Of a stretch of 64,000 bases of DNA, positions 21,508-32,700 are shown in pieces; position 1 is the stretch's first letter, and each line of letters starts with the position of its first letter. Source of the stretch: Bdellovibrionales bacterium (GTDB taxonomy: Bacteria > Bdellovibrionota > Bdellovibrionia > Bdellovibrionales > UBA1609); contig JAWLHR010000009.1 of the NCBI GenBank assembly GCA_041690295.1, positions 32,001-96,000 of the forward strand, given 5' to 3'. The notes under the pieces are model-generated. The model searched no databases and was not told the origin of the DNA. It saw only the letters and a list, made by a program, of their open reading frames with translations. The position numbers and the translations under genes were made by a program.

Positions 21508-23250
21508 ATGAAAAAGTCCAAAAAGAAGCTTCCTTTGCGATCGCCGACGCGATCGACATCGAAACCTTTGGTGCAAAAATACATCTTCATCACCGGCGGC
21601 GTGGTCTCTTCAATCGGCAAGGGTTTAACCGCGGCAAGCCTTGGGACTTTGCTTGAATCGCGTGGTTTGAAAGTTTCTTTGATGAAATGCGATCCGTACA
21701 TCAATGTGGATCCGGGAACCATGTCGCCCCTTCAGCACGGTGAAGTTTACGTCACCGATGACGGCGCTGAAACCGATCTGGATTTGGGTCATTACGAACG
21801 GTTCACCAATGTCAGCGTTCGTCGCGCTAATTCAGTGACCGCGGGCCAAGTCTACGAAAGTGTGATCACCAAAGAGCGCCGAGGGGATTATCTCGGTGGA
21901 ACCGTGCAGGTGATTCCGCATATCACCGACGAAATCAAATCCCGTATCTATGAAGCCGCCCAGGGCAGCGAAGTGATCATCGTGGAAATCGGCGGAACCG
22001 TGGGTGACATCGAAGGCCTGCCCTTCATCGAAGCCATTCGTCAGATGAGAGTGGATGTGGGCATTGAAAATTCCATTTTCATCCATGTCACGTATGTGCC
22101 CTACATCGCCGCCGCGGGAGAGTTGAAAAGTAAACCCACCCAGCATTCGGTCAAAGAGTTGATGCAAGTGGGGATTCAACCGGACTTCCTCATCTGCCGC
22201 AGTGAGCGGGAAATCACGCCCGAACTTAAAAGTAAAATCGGCTTGTTCTGTAGTGTGCGCCCTGAAAACGTCATCGCGGCGGTGGACTCGAAAACAATTT
22301 ATGAAGTTCCGTTGGTTTTGCATGCCGAGGGTCTCGACCAGAAAGTCGTCGACCGCCTCCAGCTTGAAGCCGGTGAGCCGGAAATGGAAGGCTGGCGTAA
22401 GATGGTTCACACCTTGAAAACGCCGGAACGGGAAGTTTCGATCGGGATTGTCGGCAAGTATGTGGATCTGAAGGAAAGTTACAAATCACTGCACGAAGCC
22501 CTCGTTCATGGCGGCATCGCCAACAATGCCAAGGTCAATATCGCTTATATAGATTCCGAAATGCTGAATGACCGGAACGTGGCCGAGGCTTTGAAGAACG
22601 TGGATGGGGTTCTGGTGCCCGGCGGTTTCGGTGAGCGCGGCGCTGAAGGTAAAATCGCGGCGATTCGCTATGTACGGGAAAATCTGATTCCGTTTTTTGG
22701 GATCTGTTTCGGTATGCAAATGGCCGCCATCGAGTTCGCGCGCAACGCCTGCGGCATCAAAGACGCCACCAGCCGCGAGTTCGTGGGCCCCAGAAAATCG
22801 GCTCGCAATGTGGTCATTGATCTCATGGACGAGCAGAAGAACATTCAAGACATGGGCGGCACCATGCGGCTCGGTTCCTATCCGTGCAAAGTGCTTAAAG
22901 GAACCCGCACTTACGAGGCCTACGGCACGACATTGATTCACGAGCGTCACCGCCACCGTTACGAGTTCAACAATAAATATCGCGCCCTGTTCGAGAAAAA
23001 AGGGCTGACCCTCGCGGGCATTTGCGAAGAACGTGATTTGGTCGAGATCATCGAGATCACCGATCACCCCTGGTTCATCGGGGTTCAGTTTCATCCCGAG
23101 TTCAAATCCAAACCGCTCGCGCCACATCCGCTGTTCAAGCAATTTGTCCGCGCCAGTCGCGAGCATAAGTACAAGAAACTTGAAAAAACATACTCGACAT
23201 CCAAAAAGCAGCGCGCCAGCAAAATGGCGCGCGGGGAAAGTTTCGCTTAA
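21508..23250 (+). CDS. pyrG: CTP synthase
   Basis: [35 protein letters not shown]; start inferred from TTGACG-N17-TAGCAT-N7-ATG. Confidence 0.97.
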   Translation: MKKSKKKLPLRSPTRSTSKPLVQKYIFITGGVVSSIGKGLTAASLGTLLESRGLKVSLMKCDPYINVDPGTMSPLQHGEVYVTDDGAETDLDLGHYERFTNVSVRRANSVTAGQVYESVITKERRGDYLGGTVQVIPHITDEIKSRIYEAAQGSEVIIVEIGGTVGDIEGLPFIEAIRQMRVDVGIENSIFIHVTYVPYIAAAGELKSKPTQHSVKELMQVGIQPDFLICRSEREITPELKSKIGLFCSVRPENVIAAVDSKTIYEVPLVLHAEGLDQKVVDRLQLEAGEPEMEGWRKMVHTLKTPEREVSIGIVGKYVDLKESYKSLHEALVHGGIANNAKVNIAYIDSEMLNDRNVAEALKNVDGVLVPGGFGERGAEGKIAAIRYVRENLIPFFGICFGMQMAAIEFARNACGIKDATSREFVGPRKSARNVVIDLMDEQKNIQDMGGTMRLGSYPCKVLKGTRTYEAYGTTLIHERHRHRYEFNNKYRALFEKKGLTLAGICEERDLVEIIEITDHPWFIGVQFHPEFKSKPLAPHPLFKQFVRASREHKYKKLEKTYSTSKKQRASKMARGESFA

Positions 23251-23261
23251 AGGCGGTGAGC

Positions 23262-24242
23262 ATGTCCGCGGATATTGAAGAAGGTCGGCGCGTTCTGAAG
23301 ATTGAAGCTCAATGCATTTTGGACGCGGCCGAGAAGCTGAACGGCGCTTTTCAAGAATCTGTCGAGATGATTTTGAACTGCACCGGAAAGGTGATCGTCA
23401 CGGGGATCGGCAAATCCGGTCAGATCGCCCGTAAAATGGCGAGCACCTTGAGTTCCACGGGAACACCGGCCCTTTTCCTACACCCCGCTGAAAGCTCCCA
23501 CGGTGACATGGGTGTGGTGACGCGAAATGATCTGGTGATCGCCTTCAGTTATGGCGGGGAATCCGCCGAGCTCACGCACTTGTTGAATTTCCTGGCCCGG
23601 CGGGACATTCCGTTGATCGCGTTCACCGCACGGGGTGAATCCAGTTTGGCCAAATCCGCGCGCGCGGTTTTGGATATTTCGGTTCAAGAGGAGGCGTGCC
23701 CACTGGGGCTCGCGCCGACTTCAAGTTCGACGGTGTCCTTGGCTTTGGCCGACGCTTTGGCCATGGCGGTTTTAAAACGCCGGGGTTTTCGCAAAGAAGA
23801 TTTCGCCGAATTCCATCCCGGCGGTTCTCTGGGTCGTCGGCTCACCTTACGAGTGAAAGATGTCATGCATTCGGGCGAGGCTTTGCCTCTTGTTTCGCCG
23901 GATGAAGACATGAAAAAAGTGATTTCGCTGATGACGTCCAAGGATGTGCGAGGAGTGGCCGGAGTGGTGGACGAGCAACAATCCTTGATCGGCATCATCA
24001 CCGACGGCGACATCCGCCGGCGGCTTGAAAAGAGCAGCAATCCTCTTGAAGAAAAAGCCCGCGACGTCATGTCCCGCAATCCCAAAACCATCGACTGCGA
24101 TGAGCTGGCGGAAAAGGCGGCGTTCCTCATGCAGCAGTTCAAAATCGACCGGTTATTCGCGATCAACCGGCAAGGCGCCAACCCCAATCGGGTCGTGGGA
24201 TTGATTCACTTCCAGGATTTGTTAAAGGCCGGAATCCGTTAA
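23262..24242 (+). CDS. kdsD: Arabinose-5-phosphate isomerase (KpsF/GutQ, SIS+CBS)
   Basis: GIGKSG, HPAESSHGDMG, LAPTSS, FHPGG.LG, ITDGDIRR. Confidence 0.93.
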   Translation: MSADIEEGRRVLKIEAQCILDAAEKLNGAFQESVEMILNCTGKVIVTGIGKSGQIARKMASTLSSTGTPALFLHPAESSHGDMGVVTRNDLVIAFSYGGESAELTHLLNFLARRDIPLIAFTARGESSLAKSARAVLDISVQEEACPLGLAPTSSSTVSLALADALAMAVLKRRGFRKEDFAEFHPGGSLGRRLTLRVKDVMHSGEALPLVSPDEDMKKVISLMTSKDVRGVAGVVDEQQSLIGIITDGDIRRRLEKSSNPLEEKARDVMSRNPKTIDCDELAEKAAFLMQQFKIDRLFAINRQGANPNRVVGLIHFQDLLKAGIR

Positions 24243-24910
24243 GGCGGCGGCGGGATTTCTCTCGCGCATTCCTGCAGCTGGTTTGCGCGAAATCTTCGAT
24301 ATCTGAGCCCATTCGAGCGCAGGCGAAGCGCTTCCAACGCCAGATCCAGTTCCGCCGCGGATATGCGATTTTCCGTTAAATCGGCCTCGAGTCTTCTAAG
24401 CTCTTCAAAAATGGCTTTTTCTTCTCGATCAATCCGCTCCAGTTCCTTCTTGGCCAGGGCCAAGGCGTCCGCCCGGGCATCGATACTTGAAGTGGCTTGT
24501 TCACAAGTCGGAAGGTCGATGGGTGCCGAAATCCCTTCACTTGAATCCGCGATCCGCACTTCGGCCGAATGGTGATTGCAAATCCGGTGAATACTTTCGG
24601 CTCTGAGGTGCACGAGAATTCCCACGGTGGTGTCGAGAGCTCTGCAGGTAAAATCCCGTTCGTGCCTTTTTTTAAAATCGCGGCAACGGCTGATGAGTTC
24701 CGTGCGGAGTGATCGGCAAAGGGTCACATCGCCGAGGCGACAGCCCACCTCGAGGAATCGGGCGTACTTTTCCACGGTCGTGAAGGAATCAAGAAAGGTG
24801 GCCGTGCACTCGCCGAATTCGTTCCGGCTCGGCGTGGGTTCGGACATCGCCATGGTGAGACTGGGCCACTTGTCGGGAATCGAGTCGAAAAGGGCGGCTT
24901 GGCCGGTCAA
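24239..24910 (-). CDS. Hypothetical Cys-containing, coiled-coil protein; probable signal peptide lies out of frame (ATG24950)
   Basis: 223-aa ORF; see the frameshift finding. Confidence 0.5.
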   Translation of the reverse strand: MTGQAALFDSIPDKWPSLTMAMSEPTPSRNEFGECTATFLDSFTTVEKYARFLEVGCRLGDVTLCRSLRTELISRCRDFKKRHERDFTCRALDTTVGILVHLRAESIHRICNHHSAEVRIADSSEGISAPIDLPTCEQATSSIDARADALALAKKELERIDREEKAIFEELRRLEADLTENRISAAELDLALEALRLRSNGLRYRRFRANQLQECAREIPPPP

Positions 24911-25045
24911 CGAGTGAAAAGGTATTAAAAAACAAAACCAGTGGAATCATGTGAGTTCGCTCTATCACCGAGGCGGACGGCGTTCAATGCTCGGAGGGGC
25001 TTTTAGGCAAAATTTGCAGTTAATAGGGCGCCTCACGGGCCATCC

Positions 25046-25060
25046 TGGAATGGATCTTGC
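25046..25060 (+). promoter_or_regulatory. sigma54-type promoter TGGAAT-N5-TTGC
   Basis: GG-N10-GC upstream of the S41 peptidase gene. Confidence 0.45.
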
Positions 25061-25201
25061 GATGGCACCGGCGTGAAAGTTCGTTAGATATGTTGGTTGG
25101 CCGTTAGGCGACGAAACTGGGCGGTTTGTATGCCGATTAGACATTGGTTCATAGTCGCGTTGGTTGTGGTCCTAGTGATTTCCTTCGGGTGGCCATAAGC
25201 C

Positions 25202-26485
25202 ATGCGATTGATTTGTACGTTGGTTCTTTTCTTCGCGATTCCCCTCGCGCAAGGCACCTTTAAGCCCGTGCACGAGGCCGATTTCTGGGCCGAAACCCGT
25301 TTGGACCTCGAATACGCCAGACGTTTCATCACCAATAAAACCTGCCGATCGAGCGAAAAGTGGACAGCGGGCTGTTTAAAGGCCATCCGTGCCGGCTTGA
25401 AATTCATCAAAGGTGACACCTCAACTCTTGAACGAAAGCTGACCCGCGAGGCGGCGCGGACCGACTTCGATTCCTGGCTGCGTTTGATCAACCGGTCCCC
25501 ACTGACCACCTATAAAGCTATGGTTTGGGGTTCGATGGTGAACAAGGTTTTACAAGCCTTCGATTCCCATGCCCGAATCATTCCCGTTGAACTCTTTCAA
25601 AATACCTTGGGACCCGAACGTAAAACCGTGGTGGAGCTGCCCGCCGTCTCATCGGAACTGATCGCCCACGAGGGTTCTAAAATCGGTGTTCTCACCATCA
25701 CGGTCTTTCGCGAGCGTGTCTGTGAACTGGCGGAAATCGAACTGAGAAGGCTCATGGCTTCCAATCCCGGTGCTTTGATTCTGGATCTGCGGTCGAATCC
25801 CGGCGGCATGGTGGATGAGGCCATTTGTCTCGCGCGCGTATTTGTGGGTCCGCAAAAGGTGGCGCACAAAGTGTTTTTTGGGGTTTCACCGTTTCCCAAA
25901 GAAATGGACCTTGAGCCGAGGCTTAGCGTGGACATGGAGGCCTTGGGAAACCGGTTGCAACCGTCACTCTATATAAGTGAGACGCCCATTGTGGTTTTGA
26001 TCGACCCGCGCACGGCGAGCGCCGCGGAAATGTTCACGGCGGCTCTTCAGGATTTCGACCGGGCCTGGATCGCCGGAGAAATCAGTAGCGGTAAAGGGGT
26101 CTTCCAAATCGTGCAGCTTCTTGAGTTCAAACCTGACCTTGTCCTGATTCATTCCGCGTTCGAAGTTCTGCGACCGAGTGGATCGTCGATTCACGTCCAG
26201 GGCGTTCAACCGAACTTCGAAGTGCTCACCCGCGCGCATGGCGAAAAACGTGAAATCGAGTTGTACCCGAACACGCCTTCGCCACGCCATCCGCTGGTAT
26301 GGCAGGAAACCCGGCCGCTCGAGCGGGATCGGTTGGTGGGCTGTGTTCAAGGATCTCCGAAGATCGTGCGCATCGATGCGGATTCGCCGCTCGCTTTCGC
26401 CACCACACTCGCCGGGTGTGCGATCAAGCAATCGAAACATAAGATTTCCGCCGAATCGACTCATCTCGACTCAGGACCGGATTGA
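25202..26485 (+). CDS. Secreted S41-family (tail-specific/CtpA-like) peptidase
   Basis: Signal peptide; FDSHA; LILDLRSNPGG; TASAAE (Ser); SSGKG (Lys); GVQP. Confidence 0.85.
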   Translation: MRLICTLVLFFAIPLAQGTFKPVHEADFWAETRLDLEYARRFITNKTCRSSEKWTAGCLKAIRAGLKFIKGDTSTLERKLTREAARTDFDSWLRLINRSPLTTYKAMVWGSMVNKVLQAFDSHARIIPVELFQNTLGPERKTVVELPAVSSELIAHEGSKIGVLTITVFRERVCELAEIELRRLMASNPGALILDLRSNPGGMVDEAICLARVFVGPQKVAHKVFFGVSPFPKEMDLEPRLSVDMEALGNRLQPSLYISETPIVVLIDPRTASAAEMFTAALQDFDRAWIAGEISSGKGVFQIVQLLEFKPDLVLIHSAFEVLRPSGSSIHVQGVQPNFEVLTRAHGEKREIELYPNTPSPRHPLVWQETRPLERDRLVGCVQGSPKIVRIDADSPLAFATTLAGCAIKQSKHKISAESTHLDSGPD

Positions 26486-26532
26486 TAATTGCCCGAATAT
26501 ACAACCTGATCGAATCTCCGTAAGATCAGGGC

Positions 26533-27279
26533 ATGAACAACAAACTACTGCTGGGATTGCTTTGCTTCTCGTTAATCAGTGTGGTCGTTCGGGCGAATGA
26601 AATCGAGGTACCTGAAGAGGAATTGGCGCGCGAAACGACCCTTCCCATTTTCGATAAACGGCAAATCGTACTGAATCGCAACGTGGTGACTGAGCAACGG
26701 TTTGAAATCGGCGGTGGTTTCGGTCTGGAAATGAATGAGCCCTATTACAACGACTATATGTTCAACCTTCAGGGAACGTACAACCTGAGCGATCGCAGCG
26801 CGATCAATGTTCTCCTGTTGTTCTGGATGGATGGATTATCCAATTACGGTGAGCAGTTAAAAGCCGGTCGTCCGACCGCCACTCCGCCGGTGCAATCGTT
26901 CGATGCGATGAAAGCGCCCCATCCCAAGTGGGGTATGTTCGCGAACTATGAATTCATCGCCTATTACGGGAAGATTTCGATCAGTAAGCTGGGCGTGATG
27001 AATCTGAACACGTTCGGCATCGCGGGGCTTGGGTACATCAATATGGACTCGCTCAGCTCTCCCGCGCTCAATTTAGGCGTGGGGCAGAACTTCTTTTTCA
27101 CCAAGAACTTCGGATTGCGCTTCGATTTGCGTTACCTGATCTTTCAGGGACCGGACGCCACATCCAAGCCACTTCGTAGTGTTGGAACCACCATCGATCC
27201 GACACCGGATCCGAATTCCTTTGACGAGAGAATTCACTACAACGGCCAGATCAGCTTGTCCGCGATCTTTCTTCTGTAA
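26533..27279 (+). CDS. Outer-membrane beta-barrel, GltA/GltB/GltH-like
   Basis: Signal peptide; YGKIS motif; GVGQNFF; first gene of the glt cluster. Confidence 0.8.
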   Translation: MNNKLLLGLLCFSLISVVVRANEIEVPEEELARETTLPIFDKRQIVLNRNVVTEQRFEIGGGFGLEMNEPYYNDYMFNLQGTYNLSDRSAINVLLLFWMDGLSNYGEQLKAGRPTATPPVQSFDAMKAPHPKWGMFANYEFIAYYGKISISKLGVMNLNTFGIAGLGYINMDSLSSPALNLGVGQNFFFTKNFGLRFDLRYLIFQGPDATSKPLRSVGTTIDPTPDPNSFDERIHYNGQISLSAIFLL

Positions 27280-27384
27280 CCATAAGCGCGCATAGGCTTG
27301 GGTCCAGATTACTTCCATATATATTCATTTTGAAAATTTGATTCTGTATCCTTAATTCAGGGAAATCACCAGTTTGGAGTAGCC

Positions 27385-28203
27385 GTGCTGTCATATCATC
27401 TAAGAGTTTCACTCCTTGTCGGCTTTCTATGCTTCACGGGATGGGTTCAAGCTCAGGATTTGGAAGACGATGGTCCGAGCGGCGCCAATTCCATCGAAAA
27501 GGAAATTGAGTCACTTTACGATCGTGATGAGCGAACTCAATCGACCCGCTCGGCGCCCAAAAGAAGTAAAAAAGCGGCCAAAGAAGTGGACACTCTGTCC
27601 GATCTGGCGACGCTGGCGCCGTTCAGCGACGTCGCGGTTATTCAAAGACGGTTTCTCCCCAAAACCAATCGCTTCGAATTGTCCGGTTCCCTATTCTCCA
27701 ATCTGAACAATCCCTTCTTCAATGCCCTGGGCGGAAGCGCGAGGGTGGCCTATTACATCCGCGAGAAATACGCGCTTGAAGGTCTCGCGTTGTTCGCTTC
27801 GACCAGCACGCGCCAGGTGACCGATGACCTTGAAGCCAACCGCGGGATCAAGACGGATAACGTGATCACATCGAAGAACTACATGGGACTCGCCCTGAAG
27901 TGGAACCCCATTTACGGTAAAATCACCTGGTTGAACAAATCCATCGTGCCCTTCGATTTGAACTTTTCAATCGGAGGCGGAATGACCCAAACCACTCAAA
28001 ACGACAGCGCGCCCACTTTGCATCTTGGGACGAGCCAGGTTTTCGCCTGGACGAAGTCCATGGCGTTTCGCTGGGACTTGATCTGGAACATGTACAGCGC
28101 GGAAGCGACTCAGGATAACGGGACCAAGGAGAAGTTAAATCAAAATGACTTGTTCCTGGGCGTGGGGATGAGTTTCTACTTTCCAGAGGCGACATACCGA
28201 TGA
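27385..28203 (+). CDS. Outer-membrane beta-barrel, GltA/GltB-like
   Basis: VIQRRFLPKTNRFE, NNPF, WNPIYGK, C-terminal SFYFP. Confidence 0.82.
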   Translation: MLSYHLRVSLLVGFLCFTGWVQAQDLEDDGPSGANSIEKEIESLYDRDERTQSTRSAPKRSKKAAKEVDTLSDLATLAPFSDVAVIQRRFLPKTNRFELSGSLFSNLNNPFFNALGGSARVAYYIREKYALEGLALFASTSTRQVTDDLEANRGIKTDNVITSKNYMGLALKWNPIYGKITWLNKSIVPFDLNFSIGGGMTQTTQNDSAPTLHLGTSQVFAWTKSMAFRWDLIWNMYSAEATQDNGTKEKLNQNDLFLGVGMSFYFPEATYR

Positions 28204-29744
28204 AGAGTTTAATCACGATCACATTGATTTTCTGCCTACTTCCGATGTCCGCGGACGCCCAAAAAAAGCGTGGCGCGAGGTTGAACCTGGCCAGCGAACG
28301 TGATCTCGCCGATGCTTTAACCCTGGCCAAAGCCGGAAAGTACGTCGAAGCTTCACAACGATTGTTTCAGCTCAGTTATTCGCCCCGCTACCGCAACCGG
28401 CGGATGCAGATCAAATACATACTCGGGCTGGCCCTTCACCAGATGAAACTGAACCAGGTCTCGGCGTTTCAATTCATCGGCGTGGTGAAGGAAGGCAATA
28501 ACCGCTACATCAAACAAAGCTTGGAGCGGCTGTCTCTTGCGGCCGACGCTCTGGGCGACGACACGCTTTTGAATTACGCCATTTCACGGGTCAATGTCGA
28601 TGAGTTCCCGCGCGCCCACCGGGACATGTTGCACTTCCGGATCGGCGAATTTCAGATGAGAAACCGGCAGTACTTGCAAGCCGCGGAAAGTTTCAACCGG
28701 GTGGCGCGAAACCACAGCCTTTACAGTCTCGCCCGTTACAATCAGGGCTTGGCCCTGGCTGAAGCGGGTCAGGCCGACCGGGCTTTGGCCGTGTTCGAAG
28801 AGTTGATCCGCGCGCGCGCCAACGCGGGAGTCACCGATCGGGCCCGTGTCGCCGGAATCATGGGTAAAGCGCGGGTTCTCTATCAGCGCAAATCTTGGGA
28901 TGCGGCGATTGAGGCTTATCGCAGCGTGCCCCGTGATTCCGAGTTCTGGCATGACACTTTATTTGAATCCAGTTGGGCCATGCTTCGTTCAGGACGGTTC
29001 CGTTCGGCGATCAGTAATTTCCAGTCGCTTCACTCGGCCTTCTATGAGGACCATTATCTCCCCGAGTCTTTGCTCCTGAGATCGATCGTCTATCTTTATA
29101 TTTGTAAGTACGACGAGATGGATAAGGTCTTGAACCTGTTCCAGCGGATCTACAAGCCCGTTTACGACCAGATTGATAAATTGATCGATAACGTACGCTA
29201 TCCCGAGCGCTACTTCACGATGATGAACGATATGATGAGGATGAACAAAGAGGGCCGGCGCAAGAATATGAGCACGCCGATGCCTTATCTGGTGGCGCAG
29301 AAAATCGCCCGTGAACCGGATTTCCAGAACACCTTCCAGTACATCCGCAAGCTCATTGAAGAGCGTAAGCGCATCGACACCCTGCCCGCGTCCTGGCAGA
29401 ACGCGAGCATCGGAAATTACGCCAAGAAAGTGCTCAACACGCGCTTGAAAAAAGCGAAGCAAAAAGCGGGTAAGATCGTTCGCAATCACCTCTTGAACAT
29501 CAAGGAAGAGTTGATCGACTTGATTGAGCAGGAAGGATTCGCCCGCTACGAAATGATCAACGGCCGTAAAGAAAGTTTGAAAAAGCGAATCGCCGGTAAA
29601 GATCTGCCTCAGCAAACCGTCGATGAAAGCCGTAAGCGGGACTTTTACATTCAAAATGGTTACGAGTACTGGCCGTTTAGCGGTGAGTACTGGTTGGATG
29701 AGTTAGGAAACTATCATTATGTCGGCACGCAAAGTTGTAATTAG
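28200..29744 (+). CDS. gltC: Periplasmic TPR protein, GltC-like
   Basis: TPRs; LFESSW; LHSAFY...PES; C-terminal YWPFSGEYWLDELGNY. Confidence 0.8.
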   Translation: MKSLITITLIFCLLPMSADAQKKRGARLNLASERDLADALTLAKAGKYVEASQRLFQLSYSPRYRNRRMQIKYILGLALHQMKLNQVSAFQFIGVVKEGNNRYIKQSLERLSLAADALGDDTLLNYAISRVNVDEFPRAHRDMLHFRIGEFQMRNRQYLQAAESFNRVARNHSLYSLARYNQGLALAEAGQADRALAVFEELIRARANAGVTDRARVAGIMGKARVLYQRKSWDAAIEAYRSVPRDSEFWHDTLFESSWAMLRSGRFRSAISNFQSLHSAFYEDHYLPESLLLRSIVYLYICKYDEMDKVLNLFQRIYKPVYDQIDKLIDNVRYPERYFTMMNDMMRMNKEGRRKNMSTPMPYLVAQKIAREPDFQNTFQYIRKLIEERKRIDTLPASWQNASIGNYAKKVLNTRLKKAKQKAGKIVRNHLLNIKEELIDLIEQEGFARYEMINGRKESLKKRIAGKDLPQQTVDESRKRDFYIQNGYEYWPFSGEYWLDELGNYHYVGTQSCN

Positions 29745-32700
29745 TTTTTTTCTCTTCGTTGTATTCGCCGCCGCCGGAGCGCACGCACAAGAAAAGCGAA
29801 GCCGGAAAACTGTCGGTGATCTTCTAAAGCGGATCGAAAAAAACGCCAAAGCGGTTAAATTTTCCAAAGGTAAGACGGCCCTGCCTCAATTCAGCAAGGT
29901 CCAGGCGGCGCCGGTTCGCCGGGTCGATCTATACCAGGTGAAGCCGCCGTCCCGGTCGCGCCTTTATTATGAAGAGGGAACCAACGAGGCCGAGCTTGAA
30001 AAAGTCACGGACCAGGGGATCAAGCAGCTTTATAAACTCACGCAGCAGTTTAAAACCAGTAAAAGGCGCGGAGAACTTTGGCTCCGCTTGGCCGAGCTTT
30101 ACGTCGAAAAAGCGCGTCTGATTGAGTACCGATTACAGCAAAAGTACGACGAACAGGTACAGGCCTATCAAGCCAAGAAGACCAAAGTTCGTCCCAAGCT
30201 CAATTTGAAGGAGTCCCAGGATTACAACCGGCGCGCGGTTCAACTTTATGAATGGTTTTTGCGGGATTTCCCCAAAGATCCCAAAGTCGACCAGGCGTTG
30301 TTCTTCCTCGGCTACAACTACTTCGAGCTGAATCAACCGGAACGCGGAAAAGAATATTACACGCGTTTGACCAAGGAGTTCCCGCGCAGCAGTTATATCG
30401 AAGAGTCCAACTTCGCGCTGGGTGAGTATTATTTCGAGCGCGAGCAATGGAAGGAAGCGCTCAAGCATTACGCGGCGGTGGCCGCCAATAAGCGCGCCCG
30501 CCTTTATTCTTTCGCCCTTTATAAGACCGCTTGGTGCCAATACAAAACGGGCGCGGTGAAACAGGCGCTTGGTTCTTTGGAACGCGTGATCCGCGCGGGT
30601 CGAGTGGCCAAAGGACAACAGGATAGCTCGGCGGGCGGCGTGAGCCGGATCCGCCTGGCGACGGAAGCGCAAAAAGATTTGGTGGTGTTTTACGCCGAGG
30701 CCGGAACGGCGAGGGGCGCGCGAAGCTACTTTGAAGAAATCGCGGGCGCCAAAGCCACGTTCGGATTGCTCGAACGCTTGGCTTATTACTACGCGGACAC
30801 CGGAAACCGGGAAGGCGCGCGCCTGATCTTTCGTGACCTGATCGCGGAGCGGCCAAACGCGCCCAAGGCCTACGATTATCAATATCAGATCGTGACGATG
30901 TACACGTCCACGGACAAACCTGAAGTGTTTCGCGCGGAGTTGTACAGCTGGATTCAAAATTACTCTCCGGGAAGCGATTGGGCGCGGGCGAATGCCAAGG
31001 ATAAGGAACTTGTCACGCGGGCTTACCAGTTGATTGAGACGACGTTGCGCAATCATATTCTCCAGCAGCACCAGACCGCCCAGAACTCGCGCGTTCCGGC
31101 GGCGCAAAAGGCGGCCAAGCAGGGGTACGAACTTTATTTCCAAACGGTTAAAGAAGGGCAAAAACTGGATGAAATGCACTTCTTCTTCGCCGAACTCTTG
31201 TTCGACATGAAGGAGTACGGTCCCGCGATGGCCCATTACAATTGGGTCGTGGAGAACGCGCCCAACTCGCAGTACTTCGAAAAATCCTCACTGAACACGG
31301 TTTTGGCGGCCGAAAAAGGTCTCCCTCAGGAAGCCGACCTCAAAAAGATGGTGGGCGACAGTTTGGAACCCTTTCCCTTCGACAAAAACGTGAAGAACTT
31401 CCAGATCGCGGCCGAACGCTACATGAAGAACTTCCCGAAAGGCGAATCGGTTCCGGCCATGAAATTCAAGCTCGGAACTTTGTACTACTATCACAACCAG
31501 TTCGGTCCGGCGCTGGAGACGTTTAGGGCGATCACCAAGGATTACCCGAAATCCCAGTACGCGAAGTACTCAGCCAACCTGATTCTCGACGTTTTCAATT
31601 TGACCAAGGACTTCAAAGGTCTTGAACAGGCGGGTCAGGAAATTCTGGCCAATCCGGATTTGGCCCAGGGTGAGATCGCCGAACAGGTCCGCGGCGTCTT
31701 GCAGCGGGCGGGATTCAAAAAAGGTCAGGACTTGGAAGCCGCCAAGGATTATCAGGGCGCGGCTCTGGCCTACGAGGAATTCGCCAAGAAGAACGCGGGT
31801 AGCGACCTGGCGATCTCCGCCTCGTACAACGCCGCCGTGAATTTCGAGCGCGCGGGCGATCTCTTCAAGGCGATCGGAATGTACGCCATCGTCCTGGCGG
31901 ATCGTAATCCGAAGAATGAAAAGCTTCGAACCAGTTCGAGCCAGTTCATCGCCGCGCTTTACGAAAAGACCGGACAATACAAAAAGGCCGCCGAAGCGTT
32001 TGAAAATTACGCGGCCAAGAATCCCAAAGCGCCCGAGTCCGTCACGTTCAGTTACAACGCCGCGATCATCCGCGACGGTATGAACGCTTACGGTCAGGCG
32101 ATCGCGAATTACCAGAGATTTCTGGATCGCAAAAAAGGGCCCGAGCGTTGGGACGCGGTGTTTTTGATGGCGCAAATGCAGGAGCGGCGTGGAAATATCA
32201 CCAAAGCGCAGGAACTCTATAAGCAGTATCTGAACGCCGGTCCGAACAATCCGTCGAATTTGATCGAGGCCGCTCATGCCATCGCGAAGATCGACGCGAG
32301 AAAAGGCCGCAAAGCCGAAGCGGAAAAAGGTTATCGCCGTGTCATCTCTCTGCAAAAGAAACTGTCGACCAAGGAAAATCCCGTGGGCGCCAGCGCCGCG
32401 GCGGAATGTAAATACATTCTGGTTTCAAAAACCTTCGATGAACTGCGGGCCATCCGGATTCCCACGAATCCGAAAAACCAGCAGGCGGCCGTACAGAAAA
32501 AGCTCGCCTTGCTGAATCGCTTGAAGGATCAGCTGAAAGAAGTCATTCAATACGATGATGGTCCGATGATCGTGAACTCGCTGGCCTTGATCGGTCAAGC
32601 CTACCAGCACATGGCCGCGGCCATCTATGCCGTGCCGGTTCCCAAGGGTCTCGACGCCGAAGGCTTGAAACAGTACAAAGCCGGCGTGGATCAGATCGCG

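Noticed and set aside
26471..26499. sigma28-like site TCAGG-N16-CCCGAATA before the glt operon
   Set aside because: Spacing is off by one and both boxes are degenerate
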